DNA of 64,000 bases, from contig JAFDDB010000002.1 of the NCBI GenBank assembly GCA_019311115.1, forward strand, positions 25,572 through 89,571, given 5' to 3'. Source of the stretch: Deltaproteobacteria bacterium (GTDB lineage: Bacteria > Myxococcota_A > UBA9160 > SZUA-336). Shown here piece by piece: positions 17,389-26,677 of this stretch. The notes under the pieces are model-generated. The model was given only the letters and a program-made list of their open reading frames with translations, made no database searches and had not been told where the DNA came from. The translations under genes were made by a program, and so were the position numbers. Within the stretch, counting starts at the first letter, position 1. Each line of letters begins with the position of its first letter.

Positions 17389-18501
17389 TCAGGCCGCCTG
17401 CTTGGCGATCAAGTGTTGGATGAGCCTCTCGCGCCACTCGTCCGCGGAGCCGAGCACCAGTCCCAGGTGCTTCGCGCGGCGGTAGAACATGTGGCAGTCG
17501 TACTCCCAGGTGTATCCCACGCCTCCGTGCATCTGGACCATCTCGACGCTGGTGAGCTCACCGATGTGCGTCGCGCTGATGCGCGCGTTGCAGGCCGCGA
17601 TGGGAAGCTCGTCGGCGTTCGTCTCGAGCGCCCAGGCGCCGTAGTAGCAGTTCGACCGCGCCAGCTCGAGATCGACGTACTGGTCCGCGAGGCGGTGCCG
17701 GATCGCCTGGAACGACGAGATCGGCCGACCGAACGCGTAGCGGCCGGTCGTGAACTCCTGCGTGATGTCGAAGGCGCGCTGCGCGCCGCCGAGCTGCTCC
17801 CAGGCCGTCAGGATGGCCGCGCGGTCGAGCACGCGCTGCGTCAGCGCCGCGCCCTCGCCCTGCCCGCCCAGAAGCTCGCCGGCCGCTCCCTTGAACTCGA
17901 GCGTCGCCACGGTGCGCGTCGGGTCGATCGAGCGCTGCACGGTCCGGGTCACTCCGTCGGCGCCGAGATCCACGATCACGAGCGACGTCGCGCCGCCGGT
18001 GTTCGCCAGCACGACCGCGGTGTCGGCGGCGCCGCCGTCGGGCACCGCGATCTTGGTGCCGTTCAGGGCGCCGTTCTCGAACGTGGTCGTCACGTCCTCG
18101 AGCTTCACCGGTCCGGGACCTTCGGCGATCGCGAGCGTGCCGATGCGGTCGCCCGCCGCAAGACCCGTCAGGTACTTCTCCTTCTGCTCGGGCTTGCCGG
18201 CCGCCAGGATCGCCTCGGTGGCGAGTCCCACCGACGTGCCGAACGGGATCGGGACCAGGGCGCGCCCGACCTCTTCGGCGATCAGCACCAGTTCCAGGTA
18301 GCCGAAGCCGGCCCCGCCGTACTCCTCGGGGATCGCCGCACCGAGCCAGCCCATCTCGGCGGCGCTCTTCCAGAGCCCCTCGTCGTAGACCGCGTCGGAC
18401 TCGAGCACGGCGCGGTTGACTGCCAGTGGAGCCTGCTCGGTCAGAAAGTCCTGCACCGTCTTCTTGAGCAGCTTCTGCTCTTCCGAGAAGTCGAAATTCA
18501 T
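17389..18501 (-). CDS. acyl-CoA dehydrogenase family protein
   Basis: Starts at MNFDFSEEQKLLK, which is M144 of the listed ORF. ACAD fold (ISATHIGELTSVEMVQMHGGVGYTWEY). Confidence 0.8.
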   Translation of the reverse strand: MNFDFSEEQKLLKKTVQDFLTEQAPLAVNRAVLESDAVYDEGLWKSAAEMGWLGAAIPEEYGGAGFGYLELVLIAEEVGRALVPIPFGTSVGLATEAILAAGKPEQKEKYLTGLAAGDRIGTLAIAEGPGPVKLEDVTTTFENGALNGTKIAVPDGGAADTAVVLANTGGATSLVIVDLGADGVTRTVQRSIDPTRTVATLEFKGAAGELLGGQGEGAALTQRVLDRAAILTAWEQLGGAQRAFDITQEFTTGRYAFGRPISSFQAIRHRLADQYVDLELARSNCYYGAWALETNADELPIAACNARISATHIGELTSVEMVQMHGGVGYTWEYDCHMFYRRAKHLGLVLGSADEWRERLIQHLIAKQAA

Positions 18502-18671
18502 CCGGAGATCTCCCGTCCGCGTGGCCCCTCGGCGCGCAGCCAGGGCGCGCAGGTAACCCGCGGGGCGATTATCCCGCCTCGTTGACCTCGGAATCAACCC
18601 ACCTCGCGGGGCCGCGCTCGAGCGTGGACGGCGACCGCCCCCCCTGATAGCGTGGAGGTGGAGGCGCCACC

Positions 18672-19535
18672 ATGATCCAGAGCAGTGATCTCCGCCCCGG
18701 CGACGTGCTCCTCTCGCGCAGCCCCGGCGAGATCTCGGACCTGGTATGCGCGCTCGGCGAGAGCGACTACTCCCACTCGGCGCTGTGGGACGGCGACCGG
18801 GTGGTCGCCGCGACGCCAAAGGGCGTGCGCGCCCGTGAGCTGGACCGAGAGCTCGACCGCCGCAGCCACATCGACGTCTACCGCTTCCGCTTCTACGACC
18901 ACCTGATGGGCGAGCCGGGCTGGCCGGCAAAGCCCGTGATCGCCGCCGCGCACGAGATGCTGGGCAACGAGCACGCCTACCACGAGACCTTCCTGGCGGG
19001 GCTGCTGGTCGCCATCGGACGCAGGCCCGCTCGCAGCGCGCGGAGCGAGGCGCTTCGGCTCATCTCGCACCGGATCGCGGAGTTCACGCAGAACCACATC
19101 ACGAGCCACAAGCGCCTGCCGATCGTCTGCGCCGAGGTCGTGGCCTCGTCGTTCTGGCGGGCCGCCTCCCTGCCGGAGCACAAGTACGGCCTGAGCGTGC
19201 GCATCGACGGCCGCAGCACCTTCCCCGGCATCCCGGCGCCGGTCAGCTTCGCCCGCGAGCCCGCCGAGCCCCCGGCGAACGACGACGAAGCGCGCATCGA
19301 CACCGACTACGAACGCCTGGCGCAGGATTGCGGGCGGCTGCTGCTGGCGGCGCGTCCGCGCGTGGCCTCGGGGATCCGCGGGCTACAGCACGTGCACGCG
19401 GATGCGGCCCAGCGCCCCGAAGCCGGCGGACTGGTGGTGATCGCCGGCGATTCGCTGCTGCCGCTCGGCTGCGTCACGCCGGGCGACCTGGCGGCGAGCC
19501 CGAGTCTCGAGCCCGTCGGCCGTCTGTCCGGCTGA
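18672..19535 (+). CDS. YiiX/YaeF-family permuted papain-like (C92) amidase-like protein
   Basis: Ordered motifs PGDVLLSRS, DYSHSALW (SH-V/S-A) and LPIVCAEVVASSF (CSExV-like), as in PF05708. Confidence 0.5.
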   Translation: MIQSSDLRPGDVLLSRSPGEISDLVCALGESDYSHSALWDGDRVVAATPKGVRARELDRELDRRSHIDVYRFRFYDHLMGEPGWPAKPVIAAAHEMLGNEHAYHETFLAGLLVAIGRRPARSARSEALRLISHRIAEFTQNHITSHKRLPIVCAEVVASSFWRAASLPEHKYGLSVRIDGRSTFPGIPAPVSFAREPAEPPANDDEARIDTDYERLAQDCGRLLLAARPRVASGIRGLQHVHADAAQRPEAGGLVVIAGDSLLPLGCVTPGDLAASPSLEPVGRLSG

Positions 19536-19579
19536 CGCCGGCCCCAGAGGCGGGGCTCGGGCCACGAGGCGCGGAGCGC

Positions 19580-20764
19580 TCAGGCGACGACGCCGGCGGT
19601 CCTCAGCTTCGCGATCTGCTCGTCGTCGCGTCCGATCTCGCCGAGCACGCCGTCGGTGTGCTCTCCCAGTGACGGAGCGTGGCGCTGCACGTCGGCCGGC
19701 GTGCGGTCGAACCGCGCCGCGGGGCGCGGCTGGCGCATCCGCCCCATCTGCGGGTGCACGGACTCCTGGATCGTTCCGTTCGCGACCACCTGCTCGTGCT
19801 CGAGAAAGGCCTCGAGGCTCGCCACCTCGGCGCACGGCACGTCGGCCGCTTCGAGCTTCGCGAGCAGCTCGGCGGTGGTGTGGTCGCCGCCGGCCGCCTG
19901 CACCAACTCGAGCATCTCCGCCAGGTTCTCCATGCGAGCCTGCAGCGTCGCGAAGCGGGGGTCCTCGAGGAGGTGCCCGAGGTCGAGCGCGTGGAAGAGG
20001 CGCTCCTGCTGGTCCGGCGTCGCCGCGGCCACGGCGAAGAAGCCGTCGCTGGTGCGCCCCATCCGGTACGTCATGGTGACCGAGGGCTGCTCCTGCACGT
20101 CCTCCTCCATCAGCGTGTGCTGCATCATGCCGGCCGGCCACATGAACGACGTCGCGGCGTCGAGCATCGAGAGCCGCACGTGCTGTCCCTGGCCGGTGCG
20201 CTCGCGGCAGAACAGCGCCGCCGTGACCGCCTGCGCCAGCGTGTAGGCCGTGGAGTTGTCGCAGATGGTGTTGCGCACGAAGCCGGGCTCGTCCGAGTCC
20301 GGATCGCCCTGCAGCGCGGCGATCCCCGTCACGGCCTGGATCACGTGGTCGAAGGCGGGCCGCTGGCTCCAGGGTCCGTCGAAGCCGAACGCACAGGACG
20401 ACACGTAGATCAGGTCCGGCTTCAGCCGCCGCATGGCGGGCTCGTCGATGCCGAGCCGCTCGGTCACGCCCGGGCGCCAGTTCTGCACGAAGACGTCGGC
20501 GCCGGCCACCAGCTCCTTCAGCAGCTCGCGCCCCTCGTCCTGCTTCAGGTCGATCACCATCGAGCGCTTGCTGCGGTTGCAGTTGGCGAAGAGCCCCGAC
20601 ATGCCCCCGCGGTTCGTGCCGAGGTAACGCATGACGTCGCCGAGCCCCGGCGGCTCGACCTTGATCACGTCCGCTCCCTGGTCGCCGAGCATCATGGTGG
20701 CGAGCGGGCCGGCGATGAACGCCGAGCAGTCGATCACGCGGATTCCGTCGAGCGGTCCGGCCAT
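19580..20764 (-). CDS. CoA transferase family III (CaiB/BaiF-type)
   Basis: GIRVIDCSAFIAGPLATMMLGDQGADVIKVEPPG... matches family III CoA-transferases. Confidence 0.8.
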   Translation of the reverse strand: MAGPLDGIRVIDCSAFIAGPLATMMLGDQGADVIKVEPPGLGDVMRYLGTNRGGMSGLFANCNRSKRSMVIDLKQDEGRELLKELVAGADVFVQNWRPGVTERLGIDEPAMRRLKPDLIYVSSCAFGFDGPWSQRPAFDHVIQAVTGIAALQGDPDSDEPGFVRNTICDNSTAYTLAQAVTAALFCRERTGQGQHVRLSMLDAATSFMWPAGMMQHTLMEEDVQEQPSVTMTYRMGRTSDGFFAVAAATPDQQERLFHALDLGHLLEDPRFATLQARMENLAEMLELVQAAGGDHTTAELLAKLEAADVPCAEVASLEAFLEHEQVVANGTIQESVHPQMGRMRQPRPAARFDRTPADVQRHAPSLGEHTDGVLGEIGRDDEQIAKLRTAGVVA

Positions 20765-20826
20765 TGCAGCTCCTCCAGTGGCGTGCGCCCATTCTATCCG
20801 ACCGCGGGCGCGAGTATGCTCGCGAA

Positions 20827-21846
20827 ATGGGCGGGCGCAACGGCGACGGTGTGCGCGCGCTGCGGATCGCGGTCACGCTCGCCATGGCGGGAGCCCTGAT
20901 CGGCTGCGCCGCGCCGCGCGATCCCTGGGACCTGGGCGCAGGTCGCGGGCGCGTCGCCGCCATCGTCGAGTGGCACGACGCCGATGCGCAGGTCCACAGC
21001 GAGCTTCGGCTCTTCGGCCCCGGGGAGAACCGGCCGCTCGACGTCGCGGCTCCGCGCACGGCGCGCTGGCTCGACGAGCGCCATCTGCTCGTTGGTGTGC
21101 GCAGTCCCCCGGCCGAGGGCGACTACGTCCCGCGCGTGCAGATCCGGGTCGTCGACCTGGACAGCGGCGAGTCCCGAGCGATCGGACGGAACGGCCTCTA
21201 CTTCGACCTGGAGCCGTCGCCGGACGGGGCCCTGCTGGCGCTCGGCGTGCAGCAGGCTGGACTCGGCGACAGCGACCTTCAGATCTGGGACCTGCGGGCG
21301 CCACGCGAGCCGCTGGCGGAGCGGGCGCAGACGCTCGACCGGCCGCGTTGGAGCCCGGACGGGCGGCACCTGGCGGTGAGCCTGTCGATGCCCGACTCCG
21401 ACGACGCAGAGGTACACGATGGCGTGTCGATCGAGGGTGTCGCGCTGAGCTGGCCGCGGCTCTTCCGGCTGCGCCGCGACCTGGTCGGCAAGCTCGAACC
21501 GCTCCACGACGGCGTCCCGGGTGGAGCCCCGGCACCGGGCGGCACGCTTCCCCTCTGGTGGGACGCGCGCGGCATCTGGGCGCGGCAGCGCGCGGGACTG
21601 GTGCGCTGCGACCCCGAAGGAGGTGGGTGCACCCTGGTCTACGCGCCTGCCGGACGGCGCAGCGTGCTCGGCGGCTGCACGTTCCGCGGAGGCGAAGCCT
21701 GGCTGCTCGTCATGAACGAGGCCACGGCCGGCGGCGACCACCTGGCGAACGAGATGCACCGCGTGGACCTCGCTAGCGGAACGCTGCTGGACCGCTGGCG
21801 GGCGCCCGCGGGGCGCTTCGTCGCCGACCTGGACTGCGGAGACTGA
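20827..21846 (+). CDS. lipoprotein with TolB-like (PD40/WD40-like) beta-propeller repeats
   Basis: MGGRNGDGVRALRIAVTLAMAGALIGC is a signal peptide with lipobox LIGC. Repeated SPDG/RWSPDGRHLAV motifs follow. Confidence 0.5.
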   Translation: MGGRNGDGVRALRIAVTLAMAGALIGCAAPRDPWDLGAGRGRVAAIVEWHDADAQVHSELRLFGPGENRPLDVAAPRTARWLDERHLLVGVRSPPAEGDYVPRVQIRVVDLDSGESRAIGRNGLYFDLEPSPDGALLALGVQQAGLGDSDLQIWDLRAPREPLAERAQTLDRPRWSPDGRHLAVSLSMPDSDDAEVHDGVSIEGVALSWPRLFRLRRDLVGKLEPLHDGVPGGAPAPGGTLPLWWDARGIWARQRAGLVRCDPEGGGCTLVYAPAGRRSVLGGCTFRGGEAWLLVMNEATAGGDHLANEMHRVDLASGTLLDRWRAPAGRFVADLDCGD

Positions 21847-21863
21847 GCGGGCAGCTACACTCC

Positions 21864-21935
21864 CGACAGCGCACCGGGAGGTGCGGCCGACTGCGCACCG
21901 GGAGGTGCCGCCGACTGCGCACTGGGGGGTGCCGG
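21864..21935 (+). repeat. 3 x 24-bp tandem direct repeat in the 5' leader of the symporter gene
   Basis: The three units are cgacagcgcaccgggaggtgcggc, cgactgcgcaccgggaggtgccgc and cgactgcgcactggggggtgccgg, ending 1 nt before the ATG at 21937. Each unit contains a GGGAGG/GGGGGG Shine-Dalgarno-like core. Confidence 0.7.
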
Positions 21936-21936
21936 C

Positions 21937-23484
21937 ATGGACGCGTGGCTGCAGGCGATCTCGGGGTTCGTCTGGGGACCGACGTTCCTGATCCCGCTGC
22001 TGGTGGGGACGGGGATCTTCCTGACGTTCGCGTTGCGCGGGCTGCAGTTCCGCCAACTCGGGCCCGCACTCTGGCTGGCCCTGGTGGTCCGCCACGAACC
22101 GGAAGAAGAGGACCGCGGTCCCTCAGAGGCAGAGGGCGAGATCTCGCACTTCCAGGCGCTGATGACCGCGCTCGCGGCGACGGTCGGCACGGGGAACATC
22201 GCCGGTGTGGCGACGGCGATCGCGGCGGGCGGACCGGGCGCCCTGTTCTGGATGTGGATGACGGGCCTGGTCGGCATGGCCACGAAGTACGCCGAAGCGC
22301 TGCTCTCGGTGCGCTACCGGGAGCGCGACGCGCATGGACGGATGTGCGGCGGGCCGATGTACTTCCTGGAAAAGGGCATCGCCAACCGCAGACTCGGCCG
22401 CGGACTGGCGACCGCGTTCGCGCTGTTCGCCGCGCTCGCCGCGTTCGGCATCGGCAACGGCGTGCAGTCGTTGGAGGTCGGCAAGGCGATCCGCGCCAGC
22501 TTCGGGATCGACCCGAGCGTGACGCAGGCCGTACTGGCCGGGCTCGTCGCCGCCGTCACGCTCGGCGGGATTCGCTCGATCGCACGCGCCTCGAGCGTGG
22601 TCGTGCCGCTGATGATCGGCCTGTACATGGCGGGCGGCATCGTGGCTCTGGTGGTGAACGCGGCCTGGATCCCCGCGGCGCTCGAGGCCGTGTTCCGGAG
22701 CGCGTTCCAGCCGACCGCGCTCGGCGGCGGCGTACTCGGCGCGAGCGTCGCCGCCGCGGTTCGCTTCGGCATCGCGCGCGGCGTGTTCTCGAACGAGAGC
22801 GGACTCGGCTCCGCCGGCATCGCCGCCGCCGCGGCGAAGACGCGCGAGCCGGTACGCCAGGCGCTGGTGTCGATGACCCAGACCTTCATCGATACGCTGG
22901 TGGTCTGCACGGTGACGGGACTGGTGATCCTGACCACGGTGCTGCGCCAGAGCGAGACGGCTCCCGACGTCGGGCCGGAGCGGGTCGCCGCCGCCGTAGA
23001 GCAGCTAGGCGCGATGCGGCCGCCGCTCGACCCGATGGCCGCGGACTTCATCGAGCAGGTCCGGCGCAGCGCTCCGGAACTGGCGCCCGCGGCCGGCGCC
23101 GCGCGCTGGCGCCTGCTGCAGGGCTCGGAGTGGACGGCACTCGCCTTCCGCGAGAGCCTGCCGTTCGGGGGAGGGCTGATCGTCTCGCTCGCCATCTCGT
23201 TCTTCGCGTTCTCGACGATCCTGGGCTGGTGCTACTACGGCGAGAAGGCCGTCGAGTACCTGGCCGGCGACCGCGTCGTGGTTCCGTACCGGGTGGTCTT
23301 CGCGGCGATGGTGCTGCTCGGGCCGATGCTCTTCAGCAACCGTGTATGGTTGGTCTCCGACATCACGAACGGGATGATGGCCGTGCCGAACCTGATCGGG
23401 CTGCTCCTCCTGTGGAAGGTGATTACGGGAGAGACCCGGGACTACTTTGCGCGAGCTCGACACGGCGACGGAGCAGGGGACTGA
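21937..23484 (+). CDS. sodium:alanine (amino acid) symporter, AGCS family
   Basis: Conserved AGCS motifs ([40 protein letters not shown]) and about 11 TM helices. Confidence 0.85.
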   Translation: MDAWLQAISGFVWGPTFLIPLLVGTGIFLTFALRGLQFRQLGPALWLALVVRHEPEEEDRGPSEAEGEISHFQALMTALAATVGTGNIAGVATAIAAGGPGALFWMWMTGLVGMATKYAEALLSVRYRERDAHGRMCGGPMYFLEKGIANRRLGRGLATAFALFAALAAFGIGNGVQSLEVGKAIRASFGIDPSVTQAVLAGLVAAVTLGGIRSIARASSVVVPLMIGLYMAGGIVALVVNAAWIPAALEAVFRSAFQPTALGGGVLGASVAAAVRFGIARGVFSNESGLGSAGIAAAAAKTREPVRQALVSMTQTFIDTLVVCTVTGLVILTTVLRQSETAPDVGPERVAAAVEQLGAMRPPLDPMAADFIEQVRRSAPELAPAAGAARWRLLQGSEWTALAFRESLPFGGGLIVSLAISFFAFSTILGWCYYGEKAVEYLAGDRVVVPYRVVFAAMVLLGPMLFSNRVWLVSDITNGMMAVPNLIGLLLLWKVITGETRDYFARARHGDGAGD

Positions 23485-24691
23485 CGAGCGGAGAGCCGCC
23501 GTACCCGTGGCCCCGCAGGCGGCGTACCGCTGGTTCGGCGCCGGCGTCGGCTCCTGGTTCGGCGGCTTCGGCATCCAGTCGGTCGTCTTCGCGCACCTGC
23601 TGACGAACGAACTGGGCATCGGGGCCGCCGAACTCGGCATGGCACAGAGCGCGACCATGCTCCCGACCCTTGCCTTCCTGCTCATCGGCGGGGCGTTCGT
23701 CGACCGTCGTGACCCGCGCCGCGTGCTCGTCGCCGCCCACCTGCTGAGCGCGGTTCCAGTGATCGCGCTGGCGGCGGCCGCCGCCACGGGCGCGCTCAGC
23801 TACGGCGCCGTCATCCTGCAGGGCTGCGCGCTCGGCGTGATCGGCGCGTTCGCCGTACCGGCGCGCGACAGCCAACTCTCGCAGGTGGCGGGCTCCGACA
23901 TGCTGCGCGCCGTCACGGGCATGACCATCCTGCAGTTCGCGGCGCAGGCGGTCGGCTCACTGCTCGGCGGCGAGGGCGCCCGCCAGATCGGCGCAGTCCA
24001 GATCATGTGCGTGCAGGCGGCGCTGCTGGCCGGCGGCGCGCTCTTCATGCTGCGCATCCCGCCCTCGCCTCCCGTCGAGCGCCCTGCCCGCTCGACGTGG
24101 CACGACATCGGCGAAGGCATCCGCGAGGTGGCGCGCACGCCGGAGCTCCGGGCGCCCGTGCTGTTGGTGCTGGCGGTCGGTACATGCTTCATCGGCCCCT
24201 TCGTCGTCGTCTTCCCGCTGCTCGTGCGCGACCTGTACCAGGGCGGCGCGCGCGAGCTGGGCTGGGTGATGGCGATGTTCCCCGTCGGCACGATCTCGGG
24301 GTCGCTGGTGCTGCGCGCGCTCGGCGTGCGCCGGCGCGGCCGCGCGTCGATGCTCGCGCTGCTCTTCGGCGCAGCGACGCTGATCGGCATCGCGCGCGAC
24401 CTGCCGTTCGCCGGCATGCTCGCGGCGACCGCGGTCTGGGGCGTGGCCGGAGCCGTGTTCATCAACTGCACGCGCGCCATGTTCCAGGAGGCCGCGCCCG
24501 CCGCGCACCGCGCGCGCTGCCTGTCGGTCTTCCAGCTGGCCTTCACCGGCGCGGCTCCGTTCGGAGCCGCGATCGCCGGGGTCTCGAGCGGGGCCATCGG
24601 GCCGCTCGCGACGCTCGACGCCTACGCCGCGACGATGATCGTCATCGTCGCGCTGATCTGGACGCTGACGCCGACGAGCCAGCTGCGCTAG
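23447..24691 (+). CDS. MFS transporter
   Basis: About 12 TM helices in a major facilitator layout ([13 protein letters not shown] loop motif). Confidence 0.75.
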   Translation: MRELDTATEQGTDERRAAVPVAPQAAYRWFGAGVGSWFGGFGIQSVVFAHLLTNELGIGAAELGMAQSATMLPTLAFLLIGGAFVDRRDPRRVLVAAHLLSAVPVIALAAAAATGALSYGAVILQGCALGVIGAFAVPARDSQLSQVAGSDMLRAVTGMTILQFAAQAVGSLLGGEGARQIGAVQIMCVQAALLAGGALFMLRIPPSPPVERPARSTWHDIGEGIREVARTPELRAPVLLVLAVGTCFIGPFVVVFPLLVRDLYQGGARELGWVMAMFPVGTISGSLVLRALGVRRRGRASMLALLFGAATLIGIARDLPFAGMLAATAVWGVAGAVFINCTRAMFQEAAPAAHRARCLSVFQLAFTGAAPFGAAIAGVSSGAIGPLATLDAYAATMIVIVALIWTLTPTSQLR

Positions 24692-24709
24692 CCCGGCGCC
24701 GGGCGGGAG

Positions 24710-25258
24710 TCAGGCGCGCTCGACGTACTTGCGCTCGCGCGTGTCGATCTTGATGCGCTCGCCCCGGTCGATGAAGCTCGGCACCTGTATCTGCGCGCCG
24801 GTCTCGACGGTGGCGGGCTTGAGCCTGCCGCCCTTCTCGGGCGGATCGGTCTCGGTGATCTCGAGCACCACGAAGTTCGGCAACTCGACGCCCACCGGCC
24901 GGTCGTTGTGCAGCAGGACGCGGACCTCGCAGTTCTCGGCGAGCAGATCCACCCCGTCGATCTGATCGGCAGCGATCTCGACCTGCTCGTAGCTCTCCTG
25001 GTCCATGAAGACGCGCTTCTCGCCGTCGTCGTACAGGTACTGCATGGTCCGCTCGGCCACGTCGGCCTGGGGAAGCGAGTCGCCACCCTTCAACGTGCGG
25101 TCGAGTACCGAGCCCGAGATCAGGCTCTTGAGCTTGAGCCGTACGAAGGCGCCGCCCTTGCCGGGCTTCACGTGCTGGTACTGGGTGATCACGAAGGGCT
25201 CGCCGTCGAGCTCTACGCGCGTTCCCGGCCGCATCTTCGACGTGTCGATGGTCGGCAT
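24710..25258 (-). CDS. efp: elongation factor P
   Basis: MPTIDTSKMRPGTRVELDGEPFVITQYQHVKPGKGGAFVRLKLKSL carries the KPGKG loop with the conserved lysine. The ATG overlaps the speE stop as TGATG. Confidence 0.9.
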   Translation of the reverse strand: MPTIDTSKMRPGTRVELDGEPFVITQYQHVKPGKGGAFVRLKLKSLISGSVLDRTLKGGDSLPQADVAERTMQYLYDDGEKRVFMDQESYEQVEIAADQIDGVDLLAENCEVRVLLHNDRPVGVELPNFVVLEITETDPPEKGGRLKPATVETGAQIQVPSFIDRGERIKIDTRERKYVERA

Positions 25259-26112
25259 CACCCGGTCTCCGTCAGCTCGCGCCACCAGGTCGGCAGCGCG
25301 AAGGCGCCGCGGTGAACGTCGGGGTTGTAGTGGCGGCCGCTCCGCTCGTCCCGCGGCTCACGCAGGCTGCGGCCGTCCTTCAGGCCGGCGACGAATGCCA
25401 TCGCGCCGCAGCTGTAGGTGGGAACGGGCGCCGAGTAGACCTCGGCCGAGCCGAATGCCCCCACCGCGTCACGGAAGGCGGAGGGCAGCTCGTCGCGCTG
25501 CACGAAGGGCATGCCCGCCTGCCGGACCATCACGCCGTCCTCGCTCATGCATTCGGACAGGTCGGACAGGAATTTCTCGTGGAAGAGCACTTCGCCGGGA
25601 CCGACGGGATCGGTCGAGTCCACGATCACCACGTCGAAGGGCGCGCCACCCGCCGCGCGGCGAACCCATTCGGCCGCGTCCCCGATCACCAGCTCGGCAC
25701 GCGGATCGTCGTAGTCGCCCTGGAGGCCCAGGTACTTCGCCGCGACCTCGACCACGCGCTCGTCGATCTCGACCATGACGGCGCGCTCGACATGCGGGTG
25801 CGTGAGCACTTCGCGCAGCACGCCCCCGTCCCCTCCGCCCACGATCAGCACCGCGCGGGGCGGGCGCGCGAAGCCCATCAGCGGCACGTGCGAGATCATC
25901 TCGTGGTAGATGAACTCGTCGGCGAGCGTCGTCTGGATGATGCCGTCGAGAGCCAGCACGCGTCCCAGATGGGGGTGCTCGAAGACCTGCAGCATCTGGT
26001 ACTGCGTCTGCTCGGCGTGCAACTCGACGACGTCGAGGCCGATCGAGATGCCCGTCCCGAAGTCGAAGTCGTGCCACCAGCCCGCGGCCTGCGGAACCTT
26101 CGACTCGCTCAT
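25258..26112 (-). CDS. speE: spermidine synthase (polyamine aminopropyltransferase)
   Basis: Starts at MSESKVPQAAGWW, which is M81 of the listed ORF. Motifs LDGIIQTTLADEFIYHEMISHVPL, LIVGGGDGGVLREV and DSTDPVGPGEVLF match SpeE. Confidence 0.9.
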   Translation of the reverse strand: MSESKVPQAAGWWHDFDFGTGISIGLDVVELHAEQTQYQMLQVFEHPHLGRVLALDGIIQTTLADEFIYHEMISHVPLMGFARPPRAVLIVGGGDGGVLREVLTHPHVERAVMVEIDERVVEVAAKYLGLQGDYDDPRAELVIGDAAEWVRRAAGGAPFDVVIVDSTDPVGPGEVLFHEKFLSDLSECMSEDGVMVRQAGMPFVQRDELPSAFRDAVGAFGSAEVYSAPVPTYSCGAMAFVAGLKDGRSLREPRDERSGRHYNPDVHRGAFALPTWWRELTETG

Positions 26113-26114
26113 CG

Positions 26115-26483
26115 TCAGAGCTCCAGCGGCCGGGACATGCCCTCGATCCCGCGCTTGAGTTCGGTCGTGCGCATGTTGCCCACCTGCAGGTTCGCACGCA
26201 GCGACTCCAGCGCGGCGTAGGGATCGCCCGCCCCGCAGAAGAACGCGTCGGCCGCGAAGTAGCCGTACTCGGGCCAGGTGTGGATCGCGATGTGCGACTC
26301 CGCGAGCGTGGCCGTCGCCGTCACGCCCTGGGGGCTGAACTGGTGCGTGCACACGTCGATCACCGTGGCGCCGCCGGCTTCGGCCGCCTCGAGCAGTGCC
26401 TGGCGCACCGCGTCGAGGTCGTTCAGCAGCTCAGCCGGGCAGTCCCAGGCGTCGATGATGAGATGGATACCGAGGTTCATCAT
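26115..26483 (-). CDS. speH: S-adenosylmethionine decarboxylase proenzyme (small pyruvoyl-dependent type)
   Basis: MMNLGIHLIIDAWDC...LAESHIAIHTWPEYGY contains the ES|H self-cleavage site. Its stop is 3 nt before the speE ATG. Confidence 0.8.
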   Translation of the reverse strand: MMNLGIHLIIDAWDCPAELLNDLDAVRQALLEAAEAGGATVIDVCTHQFSPQGVTATATLAESHIAIHTWPEYGYFAADAFFCGAGDPYAALESLRANLQVGNMRTTELKRGIEGMSRPLEL

Positions 26484-26677
26484 CGACCCGTTGGTCTCCC
26501 GGCTCCGACGCACCGGCGTCGGATGACGACTCGAACCCCCGCTCGATCACGGGCGCGACTGGACAGGCCATCAACTCCATCCCCCTGGGAAAGCGGGCCT
26601 AGAAAAGTGCAAAGCGCCCGCGGTGTCAAGCACTTCGGCGCGAATCGCGCAGCTCTCCGGCGCTCCGCGGATCCGAC

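Noticed and set aside
19383-21059. ORF 19383-21059 (-, 558 aa)
   Set aside because: It overlaps the CoA transferase and the lipoprotein gene in wrong frames. The product is Arg/Ala/Gly-rich.
26500-26560. tRNA-like TCGAACC motif in the speH upstream region
   Set aside because: No T-stem complementarity on either side, no acceptor or anticodon arm. It is a simple hairpin (CCGACGC-accg-GCGTCGG) in a 5' UTR.
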